Source: Phoronis australis
Lineage: Eukaryota > Animalia > Phoronida
Assembly: GCA_002633005.1 (NCBI GenBank)
Contig: NMRA01000210.1
Location: 62,001-126,000, forward strand
DNA: 64,000 nucleotides
Direction: 5' to 3'
The notes under the pieces are model-generated. The model was given only the letters and a program-made list of their open reading frames with translations, was not told the origin of the DNA and did not search any database. The position numbers and the translations under genes were made by a program. Shown here piece by piece: positions 1 through 12,290 of the stretch (within the stretch, counting starts at the first letter, position 1; every line of letters begins with the position of its first letter).

Positions 1-224
1 ATAATCTTCTTTCTCAGATGTACAGCAATGTAGCAAAATACGGAGAGACATAACAAACAAACAAATGAAAACTCTAGCAATATTTTGAGACTGCATGTCT
101 CATCATCTGAGTGTAATGAACAAATACCAAGCGAAATAAACAGTGAAATACACCTGGCAGGGGGAAGAAGGGCTTGCAAGCAGAGAGTTTGAATGTATCA
201 CATTATAGGAAGCCCACAAGTCAG

Positions 225-640
225 GGTGCGGTACACAGTTGTTGCTCATTCAACACAGGTTTTTCGTGACTGATAACTAGGGATTCCAAAGTCTTTTGAA
301 GAAATGTGTCATTTTCAACATAGCGAATGATAGTGTCTTCTATTTCCTGCTTAGTTATTTTTCGGCCATGTTGGTGTACAAAGGGATCTTGAATGGACCC
401 ACCTTGCAATTTGCATAAACATCCGTCGCGAGGGAGAACACCCCGTGTGTCCAATGTAACACTAATCCCGATAATAAGAACGAAGACATTCGCACAATAA
501 TAAGAACAAAGACATTCGTCCATATGACATGTGAATTCATTTGGTAAACAGCATTACGTTTGGCCACTGGTCGTAATCTTTCACGACTGGGGTTGGTTTT
601 CAAACAAAACGTTTAGTCGTGTTTTCAACTAAGTTTGCGT
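225..640 (-). mobile_element. Penelope-like retroelement fragment (GIY-YIG endonuclease, degraded); paralog at ~37560-38040
   Basis: Frameshifted peptides NAVYQ..TC.MDECL..., GSIQDPF..QHGRKIT... and LESLVISHEKPVLNEQ follow the PLE GIY-YIG C-terminal pattern. Confidence 0.65.
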
Positions 641-688
641 TAACGAAGGGCTGCTACCGAACTACATTTATAATGCTATATTAATTAA

Positions 689-1241
689 AGAGCCCTGGAA
701 CGCGATATACAGGATAAATTGATTGCAACATTGAAAGTGGTTCTCTGCCACTGAAGCAGAATTCATACTGCTCACCGGGTATTTTTACGTTTTTTTGTAG
801 AGATCTTTGATTTCTGTTGATATCAAAGCATTTTGTTTTAGTTTCACATTAAAAATAACGATCTATCAACTGCTCGTCACTTCGCCAATGTTTCTCCCAC
901 AAGGCAAAGCACGTCTTCGTATTTGGTATGGTAAGACATAGATGCAGGACATTTCCCCTATATGGAAAATGTTACCATTTACCTCAATCGAATTTAAGCA
1001 ACTGACTGTGAGCGCATGCGCGCATTCATTGTGAGTGGAGGGAGATTAGAAACTCTTTGGTAACTACAGAGTTAATTCCATTGCGCGTATTTCAAAAATC
1101 GTGAATTTTGTGATTTTTCTCTGGAAAATTTCTCACGTGGGAAAGTGAATTACATGTACCTTACTAGACGTTGCGAGATGGCACTTTCTTCAGGAATTGT
1201 TTAAAAGATATTTTTGACGATCTTTCGCGTTCCATGCCTCT
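689..1241. mobile_element. Non-autonomous Kolobok-like DNA transposon; copies at 38088-38611 and ~53615-54213
   Basis: TTAA flanks both ends. TIR agagccctggaacgcga vs agaggcatggaacgcga (15/17). AG...CT termini. Confidence 0.8.
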
Positions 1242-1911
1242 TTAAGGGGTTTCGTATAGGGCCTGTGTAGACTAGCTTTGTGCGCTGTACCGAGTGGGCC
1301 GAAATTGGGCTGATACTCACGAAGGCAAAACTTTGCTGCGTGCAGGGTGGGCATAGGCACTGTGTAGGTTATATGTTAGCGTTTTCGTCCGTACTATGTT
1401 GTGTAGGTATGACGTATAGTAGCGTAGTTTCACGTGGAATTGCATGCACTTGTGTGAAACCTAAACACTGTTTGCACCTAGTGATTTATGCCGTAAGTAT
1501 ATCAATACGCTTATTTGTATTAAAGGCCTCTGGCCCAAAATACAATAAACACGAATTAAACAGGCACGTTTGCGCACGCAGTCAACCCATTTAAGAGTTT
1601 TTCTCTTCTTTTAAGGGCAAACTACACATATTTAACAACATATAGATCTGGATTAGCAAGCAGGCGTCATAAAACGTCACAATATCTTCTGCAAATCAAC
1701 AGGAAGTGGTATTCATCCTCTACAAGACCATCATTGCAAATCAAACATAATCTATTATATTATTCCACTTTATCGTGTCTACCTACTTCCACTTGTAGTC
1801 TGTGGTTGGAGCAAAGTAACTGAGTAAACACTTTAATAAGACTATTATGTAACTGTAAATTAAGACATGGATTGAAACGGTACAGAGTTTTAAAGTTACA
1901 GTAGTATTTAA

Positions 1912-2453
1912 AGGAGCATGCACCCCAAAAAACAACCTAATTTGTATCAATTTAGATCGAGTAGTTCTACTCCATAACGACACGTACGGTTGCGTTACCT
2001 GACACCTGACGGCAGACGGAGGTGTTGAAATTATCCAATGACATCATCGGTTTCACACGCAGTCTGTTCATCAGTTCACAACACGGGTTACTGGTGTCAG
2101 TTTATCGCTTGAAGTCATCGTTTAACACCAATAAATCATCAAACTTCGATGTAAAACCATTGAAAATACACCGAGTTCTTATAAAAACGCGTTGTTTTAT
2201 TTCGCTCTTACGGATTTATTGGTATTTGGACACACCGTAGCCCACATAGTTCGGCAGGCCAATAAGGTCCGTAGCAACATTGCGGCATTCACTCTGCATA
2301 TGAACCACTGACGTCGCTAGCGTCGTTTCTTGCCTTCTTCAGAGGTTAACGCGACACCTCTTGGCAAGGTAAGGTCAACCATATTCGAGGCGATGTGGAT
2401 ATAGACCGATTAAGACGGCAAAAAAGACTAATTAAATCAGGTGGCATTCTCCT
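1912..2453 (-). mobile_element. Kolobok-like MITE, internally deleted relative of 59711-61321
   Basis: TTAA TSD (1908-1911, 2454-2457) and TIR aggagcatgcacc / aggagaatgccacc. Absent from the paralogous site at ~39180. Both arms match the ends of 59711-61321 in inverted orientation. Confidence 0.88.
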
Positions 2454-3596
2454 TTAAGTTTTGCGTTATGTTCAATTTCTGATCGCCAACCTTGCTCATA
2501 GCAGTCATTAACTCTTTGCTTGAAGATACTTAAAAACGAGACTTCGCACGTGACACTTTGATTCAACCAAATTTCATAAAAACGTATTTTGATAACAATT
2601 GTCTTACGCCTTAAGTACACTAGAATGTAAGGTTATGTAGCACGTTAGAATAGTATCCAAATTTGGAAAACGTTGGAACATCTATCTCAAAAATAGGTCA
2701 TCGGATTAATATGAAAGTTTCAACTACAACGTTTTCCAAAAAGCTGTTAGCGAATTGTTTTTCAAATGTTTCAGCTTTAACATTGGTTTTGTAGAAATTT
2801 GGCTAATGCACACCCTTGTCAACAAGTTAACTACTTAACCTTAATGTTTTGCGAACAACTTTTGTGCCACTCTGCGAATTGGTTATTACGTACAGTGTAG
2901 ATGTAACCCCCGCGTAGGCTACGGCGTTAAGCAGCGTGAGCTCGGCGTACCCGGAGACTTACGCAGTGGGGAATACCGGGAACTCCGCCCAACATAAACT
3001 TAAAGCGGTATTTAACGCTAGCGAATTTTTTCGGAGAGATAGGGCAGAGATACCCTACCGGTTACCCGAGGAGAGCATGTATCCCGTGAGCCTTTGGGGC
3101 CCTCTACTAAAAGTGTTTTCAGAATTTTTTTGTGTTAACTTGAAGTCTGATACATTCCAGTAGTAACATGTCGTAAAACGTTCTCACTTACAAAATCAAA
3201 AATCGTAGACTTGTGTTTACTGGCAATCTTTGTCATAAGCGGATCCAGGAAGGGGTTCAGGGGGACCTTTTTGAGCCAGATCGGGAAACAGTAAAAACGG
3301 ACAAATAGATGGTTTCTGTTTTTTCATTTCTATAGACCGACAACTAATTTGATCGACGCAGCTAATGTTTGCATTCACAAACACCTCCCAAATCAAAAGC
3401 ATTGTTTTCCTGGAACAAAATTCTATTCCTGGGTTACTGGGGCTAAAATATCTATGTTTATGTCTTTAAGAAACTTCGGATTTACATTGCATTTCCTTTG
3501 TGTAATACCCAAAGAGTTGTTAGTTGTCCAACCTTCCTCCTTTCTACACGATGTGATAAGTTCTTTTTCGGCCAATCGATATCTGTAATTCCACAG

Positions 3597-5584
3597 GTGG
3601 TGGGCATCCCATGTGATGAGAAAGGAGAACAGCTCATTGCTTGTATCATGTAAGTATACGGGAGAAGGTGGCGAACACCTGAATTATCTTAACATCGATA
3701 TTTTTATTTTGTGTTGTACACAATTTTCTATGACAACTTGGCAGGACGTGATTTTCTCTAGTTGCAGCCAGTGAATGTTTACAATTTAAAACATAATGCT
3801 ATTTTCTTCAAAAGTATAGCGTCCTTTTATGTACATGTATAGTAAGCAGTGCCAGATTAAACAATTGCGGGGTCCGTAGCATAAGTCGAAGGGCGGGGCT
3901 CCTAATCGAATACTCATATAACGATTATCTCAAAGCAAAAGTAAAGTAGATGTAATTTTCACTTTTGAGACGGCTTTTACATGATGAAATAGTATGTCTT
4001 TCCGGATCGAGTTTGCAACACCCGAAACATGTGTATATATTGGTGCCTCCAAAAATCCTGTGGATGCGGGGTCCCAAGCAGTGCGGAGCCCTTAGTATAT
4101 GCTATTTCTGCTACCCACGTTGTTTATTCATCATTGATACCAAGTACGTGCACGTACAAACAAGTACGGTTTGCTAGATGTCGGCATACATCCTGCCACA
4201 CTATTACTACTAATGTTTTCGTAGAGATCCCCGACGCGGGTTGACATGTGTTAAATGTCAGGTGTTTTTTTACACCTCCTGGTTAATGCTAAATTTGCTT
4301 TAAAATAACCCAGAAAACATTACATTGATTATTTTGTCCAGAGTTGAACCAGGACAGGAAGTAACAGAAGACGAAATAAGAGAACACTGTAAGGAAAACG
4401 TAAGTACGGTTTTAGGGAACCATGCATCGAGTGAAGAATATTGCGAATTTGGAAAATGAAACTGGATTATAGACGTATTAATTTCTAACTAATTTGAAGT
4501 TTCAACATTGTTTGTTGGAATGCTTTTTTAGTTACATTGAGTTTCATCTCTCTCTTGTCATCCGTAGCTTTAAGAAGCTGATAAAAACTGACTTAGGGTG
4601 CATTACATGATTACGGTACATGTTGCTGACAAATGATACATTGCATGTTCACGTCTCGTCTACTGTACATTTTGCTCATGATTCATTACACATTCATGTC
4701 TATTGTACATGTTGGTGACTAACGATATATTTACATTACATGTTCATGTCTTACCAATTGTACAGTTTGCTGAGTTTGTATACTTTGCAGCTTCCTCTCA
4801 CGGAATGGGTTCCTGACAAAGTCTTGACGTTCACGCAATTTCCAAAAGTTGGTGGACGCCGTAAGGTAAGACTGCTTTGGCCGAAGCTTTCCATCGGTCT
4901 TTGAGGCAGACACCATGCCGTCCTGCGAATAACGCGCTCGTTATCACGCGTTTTTGTTTTACAGTTAATGTTTTATTTGATTTCTACCTTATTTCAGTTA
5001 ACTTTGTCCCATTGTTTACAATTCCTCCTTGTTTTTCACTAATGGAATTTAATGAAAAAGCACGTTGTTCACAATAACGGACGATTCCACCCTCAATCCA
5101 AGGTTCTTAAAGTTTTCATTTTTTTCTCGTTAGAAGACCTGGGTGTAAGATCATAAGACTGTCAAAACCTCTTTGACCTTCCTTGGTGTCTGAGGTTTTG
5201 AACTACTAACATTCTTTCTTGTAAATAAAGTTACCTTGCGCATCATCATTACAGAGAGATGAAGAATCTATTTCGTCGCAACTATTGCAGTTTGATGAAA
5301 AAAATCATTTCTTAACAGTTAAGACCAGAGTTCGGATACTGTTTCTTCCGATTGTGAACGACAATTCCGTAAGAGAAATGCTTAGAGTAGTGCTGCAACT
5401 TACAATAAATTAGATGATATAGCTGGGCCAGTGTATCAGGTGATATGCTGGGTCAGAAATTTTATCCCTCCGTCAATGTAGCGATCTAGATGAATGAGTG
5501 GTTGCTTAAAATAACATTTACCCATAGGTTTCTAAGAAGATGATCAGAGAAATCGTGGAGGAAATGCTTGTGAACCAGGCCTGA
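3597..5584 (+). CDS. Gene A: last four exons of an ACSF2-like acyl-CoA synthetase / ANL adenylating enzyme, a recent paralog of gene B; the 5' part lies upstream of the window
   Basis: GT-AG exons 3597-3649 (VVGIPCDEKGEQLIACI), 4342-4399 (IVEPGQEVTEDEIREHCKEN), 4791-4865 (LPLTEWVPDKVLTFTQFPKVGGRRK) and 5528-5584 (VSKKMIREIVEEMLVNQA*) splice in frame. They are near-identical to exons 15-18 of gene B and match the AMP-binding C-terminal subdomain. Confidence 0.88.
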
Positions 5585-5723
5585 ACCTCATGCAGTACAG
5601 CGCCACCTCGCTTGTTAACATTCCTACTGATCGACAAGGAAGAAGGGGAGAGTGAACTGTATCGACATTCTTTTGGATGTCATAAACAACTTTAAGCAAA
5701 TAAGTCTACAAATCGCTCAAGGT

Positions 5724-5871
5724 CATGGGCGGCGCAGAACTGAAAAAAGTGGGGGACTGAAGCCCCTTGGCCTCCCGGTTGTGCACCGCCTGTATACCAC
5801 GGGCTGCTCTGCACTGAAAAAAGTGGGGGGGGGGGCAATAACTCCCAGTCCCCTATGGTGCACCGCCCATG
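5724..5871. mobile_element. CATGGGCGG-ended MITE; family members at 18796-18943, 43965-44041, 50192-50265
   Basis: TIR catgggcggcgca / tgcaccgcccatg with a ~5-bp TSD aaggt/caggt. The empty site is visible at ~42145-42150. Confidence 0.82.
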
Positions 5872-6383
5872 CAGGTGTTATGGGTTCCGATACATCCTAG
5901 GCAATTGAGAAATGAAATTAAGTGTCGTTTTTGTCTGTTGTCTGACAATCGTACCTGTCTAACTCACGCAAGGGTCTGGCAAACCGATTCCACTTTTCGA
6001 TGGCGAGGCAAATGTGATAACATGTATATTTAGAAGAATTTATTTCGCGAACTTGTTTTATAATAAGACATGAGGCTGGTAAATGGTAGTCTAGAGAATT
6101 CCGTTACACAGCTGCGGTGCAAAGCTGGTCACTTTAAAGATAACAACCAAGTGGCCCATGTTTTTTCGTGTGAATACGAATCTTTTGTACGGAGCTGTGT
6201 TCTCACTCACATATTTCTTTCCTCACGAACCACATTTTGCTCTCACTAGCAAGAGGTCCGAGCAAGCACATGTCACGTAAAGGTTTCGAAATTATCGTTA
6301 TCTTGTCAATGAACACAACTGCGGTTTTGATATTGTTTTAATAAAATGGTAATTCACGAAAGCGACTAGTGTTCGACCGCTTC

Positions 6384-8650
6384 TTATTCGCAAGCCACAA
6401 TATTTTCAACAATTTCTCTCAACTTCTTTTTCGAAATCTGAAATTACAACATGAACTTATATAAATTCAAATTGTGTAGATAAATAGAACAGCAATACTT
6501 GTGGATTCAGGTTCTATTTGTAACCGTGTGCTGTAATGTGGACTGTACATATCTTTTTCCGTCACATCACATGTATTAAACGTCATTTCAAGTCTGAAAG
6601 TTTTTTCATTTGATGTTGTCACGGAACATGGAGCATACAATAAAAGTGATATCTTACATGTATGTACCATTCATCTCTTGATTTACTATGTTTCGTATTT
6701 AAAGTCCTTCTCTCAAACTGCCCACGTGGTTTCAGTATCCGAAAATACTTACTACATAAAATCTTATTTTCTACACCCTTTTTATATTCTTTTCGTCTTT
6801 CTTGCCAAAAGCGATTTTTTAACAGTATTTGACTCTTCTCTGTGAGCGTATAATTACCGGCTGTCATCGGTTATTTCCATACCCACATTTCCGGCTCATC
6901 AGTTCAGGAACTTGTCCTGAACGCCGCCATTTTTTCCTTGTAACAGAATGTGCTATCGCTTGCTCGAAAAGTATTCATTATTTTGTTTTATTAGTAATAT
7001 CTCGTGATTCGTTTGCATATGTAGTGTATTTATAGTTTGTAGTTAGTGGTCGTTGATTTTTTTGGAATGTTACGCGTACTTAGTATGTTAAAATAGCATT
7101 GGTGTTTAGTTCCTTACGTAGGCCGGTCGAACCTAGGAACCAATATGGGTCGAACCAATTTTTTTGGTTTTATTTTTTTTCTCGTTTTGAAAAAGTACTT
7201 AGTTTGCTATCATCGGAAAGGTAGTGCATTCTACTCAATAAAAGTCGAAAAAGTATCAAAATCGGGGCAAGCAGTGTAAAGTTATTGCAAGTTTTGTGGC
7301 GAAATTTGGGTCACTTTGTTTGGATCGCGTCGGCCATATTGGAGGACAGCGGGATGAGTTACGAGTTTAAAACTTTGTGTAAATTGTTTTCGCCAACAAA
7401 TTACGGTGAAATTTAGTTAGACATATCTTTACTTACTATTCTGCACGATTCAACAGTGTTCACCAAATTTCAGCCTCGCAGTTGTTACTCATTAAGAGAT
7501 AAATGTGCTCACAATTCCCGTTGGACTTCGTCTCATTTCTGGCGGCACCTACAATGTCGACTTTTGCTGAACTGAAAGGCATGTTCAATCGGCTACTTTG
7601 TAATTTGTGAAGATTTAACGTTGATACATTTTGACAAACGTTGCTACAAAAAAGAAACTTTGTTCAATTTTCGTGTTTTTTGTGTTTGTGGCCAGCGACC
7701 AGTTAGGCCTAAGGGTAGTCTTGGCGCAAAGCTGGCGTGCGTTCAGTAGACGCTAGGACCTACGCTAGGACCTTGCAAAATCCTAGTCAAAGTCACATGT
7801 TCTCATTTAAAATACACGGCAATATCTCACGTAATCTCGCGAAGTCTTGCTTCTTAGCGAGGTCCTAGCGCTACTGAACGGGAGGCTGTATAGGCCTACT
7901 AACAAGCTGTATTTTGACTATAGTCTTCACTGGTAGCTGGTGACTGAGGCTAACTAAGGTCTGCCGCGGCAGTGTGACACAGGACTAACCAGCCCGTAAT
8001 TTCATGCAAGTGTCTGAAACTACCCTTGAATATATGCAGCATTTATCATTTGACCATTTTACTTCGACAAAACAGCTTGCAACCGCATGCATTTACCGTT
8101 CGCCAGTGTCTGGTCTCGATCCGCACCGGGTCCGATAGGCTGCGGTCCCGAGTCTAGCAAAATAATTTCTGTCAAAATTTATTCGCCACATTTCTTCAGC
8201 AAATTCCATAAAATTGTCCGTAGTTTGATTTTATCAAAATTAAGGCGCGCTGTCGATTTTTTTATCCCCGTTTGCTGGCTGGTAACAGTACAGGCACTGC
8301 TCCAGTCGCACTGACGGCGTTTTCTCGGCCTGGGTTCCTGAATGAATTGTACTTCCGGGTTCGCGGCAAGTTCAAAATGGCGGTGGTTCTTCGGGTGCGA
8401 ATCGTGAGTGGCGCGTTCATTTAAACTTTTTTCGAGTACGGATCGTGTATTAGTTATGGGGTAAGTACTTCTTGGATCCTTATAACATCCTCTAACCATG
8501 TAATAAGGGTTAACAACGCGTGAGAGAAGGACTTTAAGCCCCTCATCTAATCAATAGTAGTGAGTGTAAACTTATCTTGTTTCGTATGCCAACACGTGGG
8601 AACTTCTCTATGAAAATAAGTTTGTCAGGAACCCACAGTTGTAATGTCAG
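6384..8650 (-). pseudogene. Orphan 3' fragment (last two exons) of gene C carried along by the segmental duplication
   Basis: 8650-8576 encodes LTLQLWVPDKLIFIEKFPRVGIRNK and 6437-6384 encodes ISKKKLREIVENIVACE*, homologous to C exons 17-18. The donor after 8576 reads ATAAGT instead of GTAAGT. Homology to C stops at ~8700 and no upstream exons are present. Confidence 0.85.
6703..8533. mobile_element. 1.83-kb Kolobok-like non-autonomous transposon with nested MITE(s)
   Basis: TTAA|agtccttctctca ... tgagagaaggact|TTAA (perfect 13-bp TIR). The paralogous empty site at 42947-42950 has a single TTAA. Internal inverted repeat at 7740-7760 / 7861-7880. Confidence 0.9.
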
Positions 8651-9499
8651 CTGAAACACAAATGTGATATATTTAAACTGGTGACTTGTGTTATAGACCT
8701 AATTCACGCCGACAGTAGGCACGTTCCAAAACGTGGCTCCGACAGGAGGCACAATCCAAAGCGAGGCTCGCTACTATAGCTTTGTTGGCTTATGGGATAT
8801 CGCGGGCATAGTTGTATTCCGCGTTGCTCGAACGGACACTCAACCGTATGTTTGACAATCCCTAAGTTGAGATTCATAAGCGCTGGGTCGCTGCCATACA
8901 ACGCGATAAATGAAAATATGTCAGTGTAAAATTTAAAAATAATTATTTTCGAAAATTTAGATGATATTTTGTCGCATCTCGATTGCCCAGCATCACAGCA
9001 ACAGCCGGAGAATCTTCGGCCATCCAGGATTTGTTTTCATGACCCCGGGTTGAAACGTGATGCATTTTTTTCTTTTCAAAAAGGACATGGCCCGCAATCC
9101 CTCGATTTTGGCCTAAAAATTCCTCTAGTGATTGAAAATTTCTCTCCTAAGTTCAAGTCACCTGTAACCACACATCGTGTATTCGGCATGCTTTATAGGA
9201 GTGAACCGTTTTTGATCGTCCGTCTGTCGTGTTAATTTGTGAATCAGTGACCGCGTATTTTGGACGAATGAATCGTATTTTGTGAGCTCGATTCCGTGTA
9301 TGTGAGTCAGTGAGCGGTGTTTGCAGGTACACGAGTCGTGTTTTTGCGTCCGACACCGTGTTCAGCAGCGCAGCTGTTGACCGTGTAGTTTATGTACCTT
9401 GATATTTCCAACATACTTGCATGCTCTATATATACTCTGTGAGCTACTCTCATAAATTCAGTGACATATTTTCTTTTCACTCTGTTCCCTATACATGAA

Positions 9500-11915
9500 A
9501 GATATGAAGCTCAGTTGGAGACTGTCCAACGAAAAGACGGCTCATACACCAGTTCACCTGGTGACACTCTCAAGGCCATGTTGGATAAACACTATCCTGT
9601 TAGTGGGATTGCTGGTCATGGAACTAGAAAAGTAGTATGTGACGGGCAAGAACAGGAAATCCAAATGGACTTTCTTGATGAGATGGATGATACTCATCTT
9701 GTTAAATTGGCCCTCATGTCTTTTAAACCATGGAAGGCCCCCGGGCAAGACATGGTATTTCCTAAGATGCTACAGGAAGCAGGAACCAAGCTTTTCCAAA
9801 TCCTGTCTAATCTTTACAAGGCCAGTCTTAGACTAGGCTACATCCCAGAAACCTGGACTAAGGCGAGGGTTGTTTTTATTCCCAAATCTGGCAAGGATTC
9901 TTACTTCAAAACTGACTGCTTCAGACCTATAACTCTAACTTCCTTCTTCTTGAAAGGTCTTGAGAAATTGGTTCTGTGGCAGTTAGAAAGGCAAGATGTT
10001 ATGAGCAGACTTCTGAGAAATCAGTACGCTTACAGTGGCCGATCTACGTTTTCACCAAGGGGGGGGGTTTAGGATTCCCGCCAAGGTCGAATCCTAGGCG
10101 CGTGGCGCCGAGCGTGGGGAGGTCGGGAGGCGGGTTTCCCCTCCCGTGTAAGATATTTTTTTGTTTTTGGAGCCAAATAGTGAAATTTCCATGCACCCTG
10201 GTAAGTTTCTGGCACTTAACATGTCTCTGGAGTTTTTCTTAAGACCTACTAAACCCTTCTATTTCGTCACATGAACTTGGTACATAAGTTTCGTGAAACC
10301 TTATTGTGCACATCTGGGTATGAGTCACGCCACGAGCAACACTTTTTGTTGGAACATCTGCTTACACGCACCTTTTTTAGCATACGATACGTCATATACG
10401 AAAAAATGTGGTGTGTATACAGGGGTTTAGACAATTTCCAAATATTCAAGAGCATAATTAAGGAGCACTGACGGGGCGTAAAAACTTGAATATCGGATGA
10501 TCGCGTAACAGCAGCCTCAAGTTGTTTAAGAACGAAGACCTGTACTAGTTCGCCGAGGGACCAGAAGTACACTGAAACTCAACATCTACACAAATCAAGC
10601 TGGCCTGGTCCGTCGCGAGATCTAAAGTGTACTATGCAAAAAAATTGAATTGAAAACTTCTCTCTAAAATTTTAATCCCCAGTGGTTACTCATACATGTA
10701 CGTTAGTCCTATCCTTCTGTTGTCTAGACTGCCGAGGAATTTGTATGTCGGCTCTTTCAGAGGTGAATCCATCTAAAATGCTTGGCTACTTCAGAAGTGT
10801 CGACGGAAGCGCGCGCACAATAAATCCCCGCGCGTTTTGGCAATGCCAAGTGATGTTTTAGTGACGACCCTAAATCACAGACACAATTTCTATACAGAAA
10901 TTGGAGATGGTCACGAAATCATTGATTACAATGACTAACAATCCTTTTGTTACACTGATGGCTCTAAACTTGAAAACGGACAGTCAGGATCAGGAATTTA
11001 CTTTCCAGACCTTGCAGGTGACGACAAAGAAAGCTGGATCTCACTGGGTAACACCGTTACAGTCTTTCAGGCTGGAATTGTCGCCATTCACCAGGCTGCC
11101 CAACTGGCAAGGGAGCATGAAACAATCCTTGGTAACAAGGAACTCTTCATACTCTCAGACAGCCAAGCAGCTATTAAAGCTCTAACTAGGCCAAAGATCA
11201 ACTCCCATTGTGTCCTGTCCTGCGTAAACGAGCTTAACCACTTATCAGCTAGCAGAACTGCTCATGTAAACTGGGTTAAAGCCCGGCTTTATGTTGGCAT
11301 TGACGGTAACGAAGCTGCTGACAAACTTGCAGAAGAAGGAGCAAGTGCACCCTGTTTTGTACCAGAACCTTGCACACCACTTGCCTATAGGTGCTGTAGA
11401 GCAAACGTAAGACACTGGGTGTGTAAACTGTCCGTGGATGCGTGGAGAAAGCTCTCTAACTGCAGACAAACCAAGCAATTTTTTCCAAGTGCTATTGAAC
11501 CAAAAGGTTCAAAGAAACTTATGTTTAGATAGGCTTGCTACAAGGCAGCTGATCCAGGTTATTATTGGACACTGCAACTTAGCTCGACACCGTAACATGA
11601 CAGGCCACACGGCATGTTCATTGTGTCCCAACTGTGGCTTGGAGGCCGAGAGTCCTCAACATCTGGTGGAGATTTGCCCTGCCTACAATAGACACCGTAA
11701 TCTACTACTTGGTGGACACATACCCTGCCTGGTTAACATTGTTAGTTCATACAGGTTTAATAGTCTTTCTGAAAAAAACAGGCAGATTGGAAGATTTCAC
11801 CTGTGAGGAATCCGATGTCGTGTCCCCATGAGTCATAATCAGGTGACTAGTGTAATAGGCCCGGCCTTGTGACCTAAGCACGAGTGATGTAGCGCACAAA
11901 GCATCAGGTCACCTG
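9500..11915 (+). mobile_element. Degraded LOA/R1-group non-LTR retrotransposon (RT N-terminal part, RNase H, CCHC), interrupted and internally deleted
   Basis: 9500-10030: KAPGQD..FPKMLQ, LRLGYIPETW..ARVVFIPKSGK, FRPITLTSF.LK.LEK. ~10945-11345: YTDGSK..., TVFQAG..AI, ILSDSQAAIKAL, VNWVKA..GIDGNEAADKLA (RNase H). ~11620-11680: CPNC...ESPQHLVEICPA. Confidence 0.88.
10033..10600 (+). mobile_element. CAG-starting non-autonomous DNA element (hAT-like, tentative); second copy at 23487-24256
   Basis: cagtggccgatctacgttttcac.. at 10033 matches caggggcggatctacgttttcag.. at 23487 over more than 500 bp. It interrupts the LOA RT ORF. The right TIR was not found. Confidence 0.65.
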
Positions 11916-12290
11916 CACTTTTTTAAGATATGAAGCGCACATGATGTTTATACTGTTTGTTTTTTCACAGATCATATGACAATCGAGGATGCCTTACTGC
12001 GCAAAAAACGGAAATGAAGTTGACGCATGCGCCAATAACCCCTTGCCTGGATGCTTATTGGACAGGTGCCTTGTTGCACACGATACCGCCCCCCTCCCCC
12101 TTATCTGGCCTCCATGGCGATGACGCGGTCGTGATGATTATGATTGGGAAACCACTTCTGCGACCCCGACATTGACCTCTTTCTCTCATCAGGAATTACC
12201 GGCCAGAGGGCAGGCAGCACGGGTGCACAGGCACAGATATTATAGTTTCGCTATAGTGGCACAGGTGATTAGAGCAAGTTACTCTCAGCT

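Larger units (their letters stand above)
1..8700 (+). repeat. Segmental duplication, copy 1 (paralog of ~37326-43110)
   Basis: Collinear similarity through introns, exons and intergenic DNA, for example 41-80 vs 37365-37405 and 8545-8690 vs 42960-43100. The copies differ by substitutions and by TE presence/absence. Confidence 0.93.

Noticed and set aside
4866-4904. Read-through ending VRLLWPKLSIGL* as the C-terminus of genes A and B
   Set aside because: A GTAAGA donor follows the A10 Lys, and a downstream exon (VSKKMIR..) homologous to the last exon of gene C exists.
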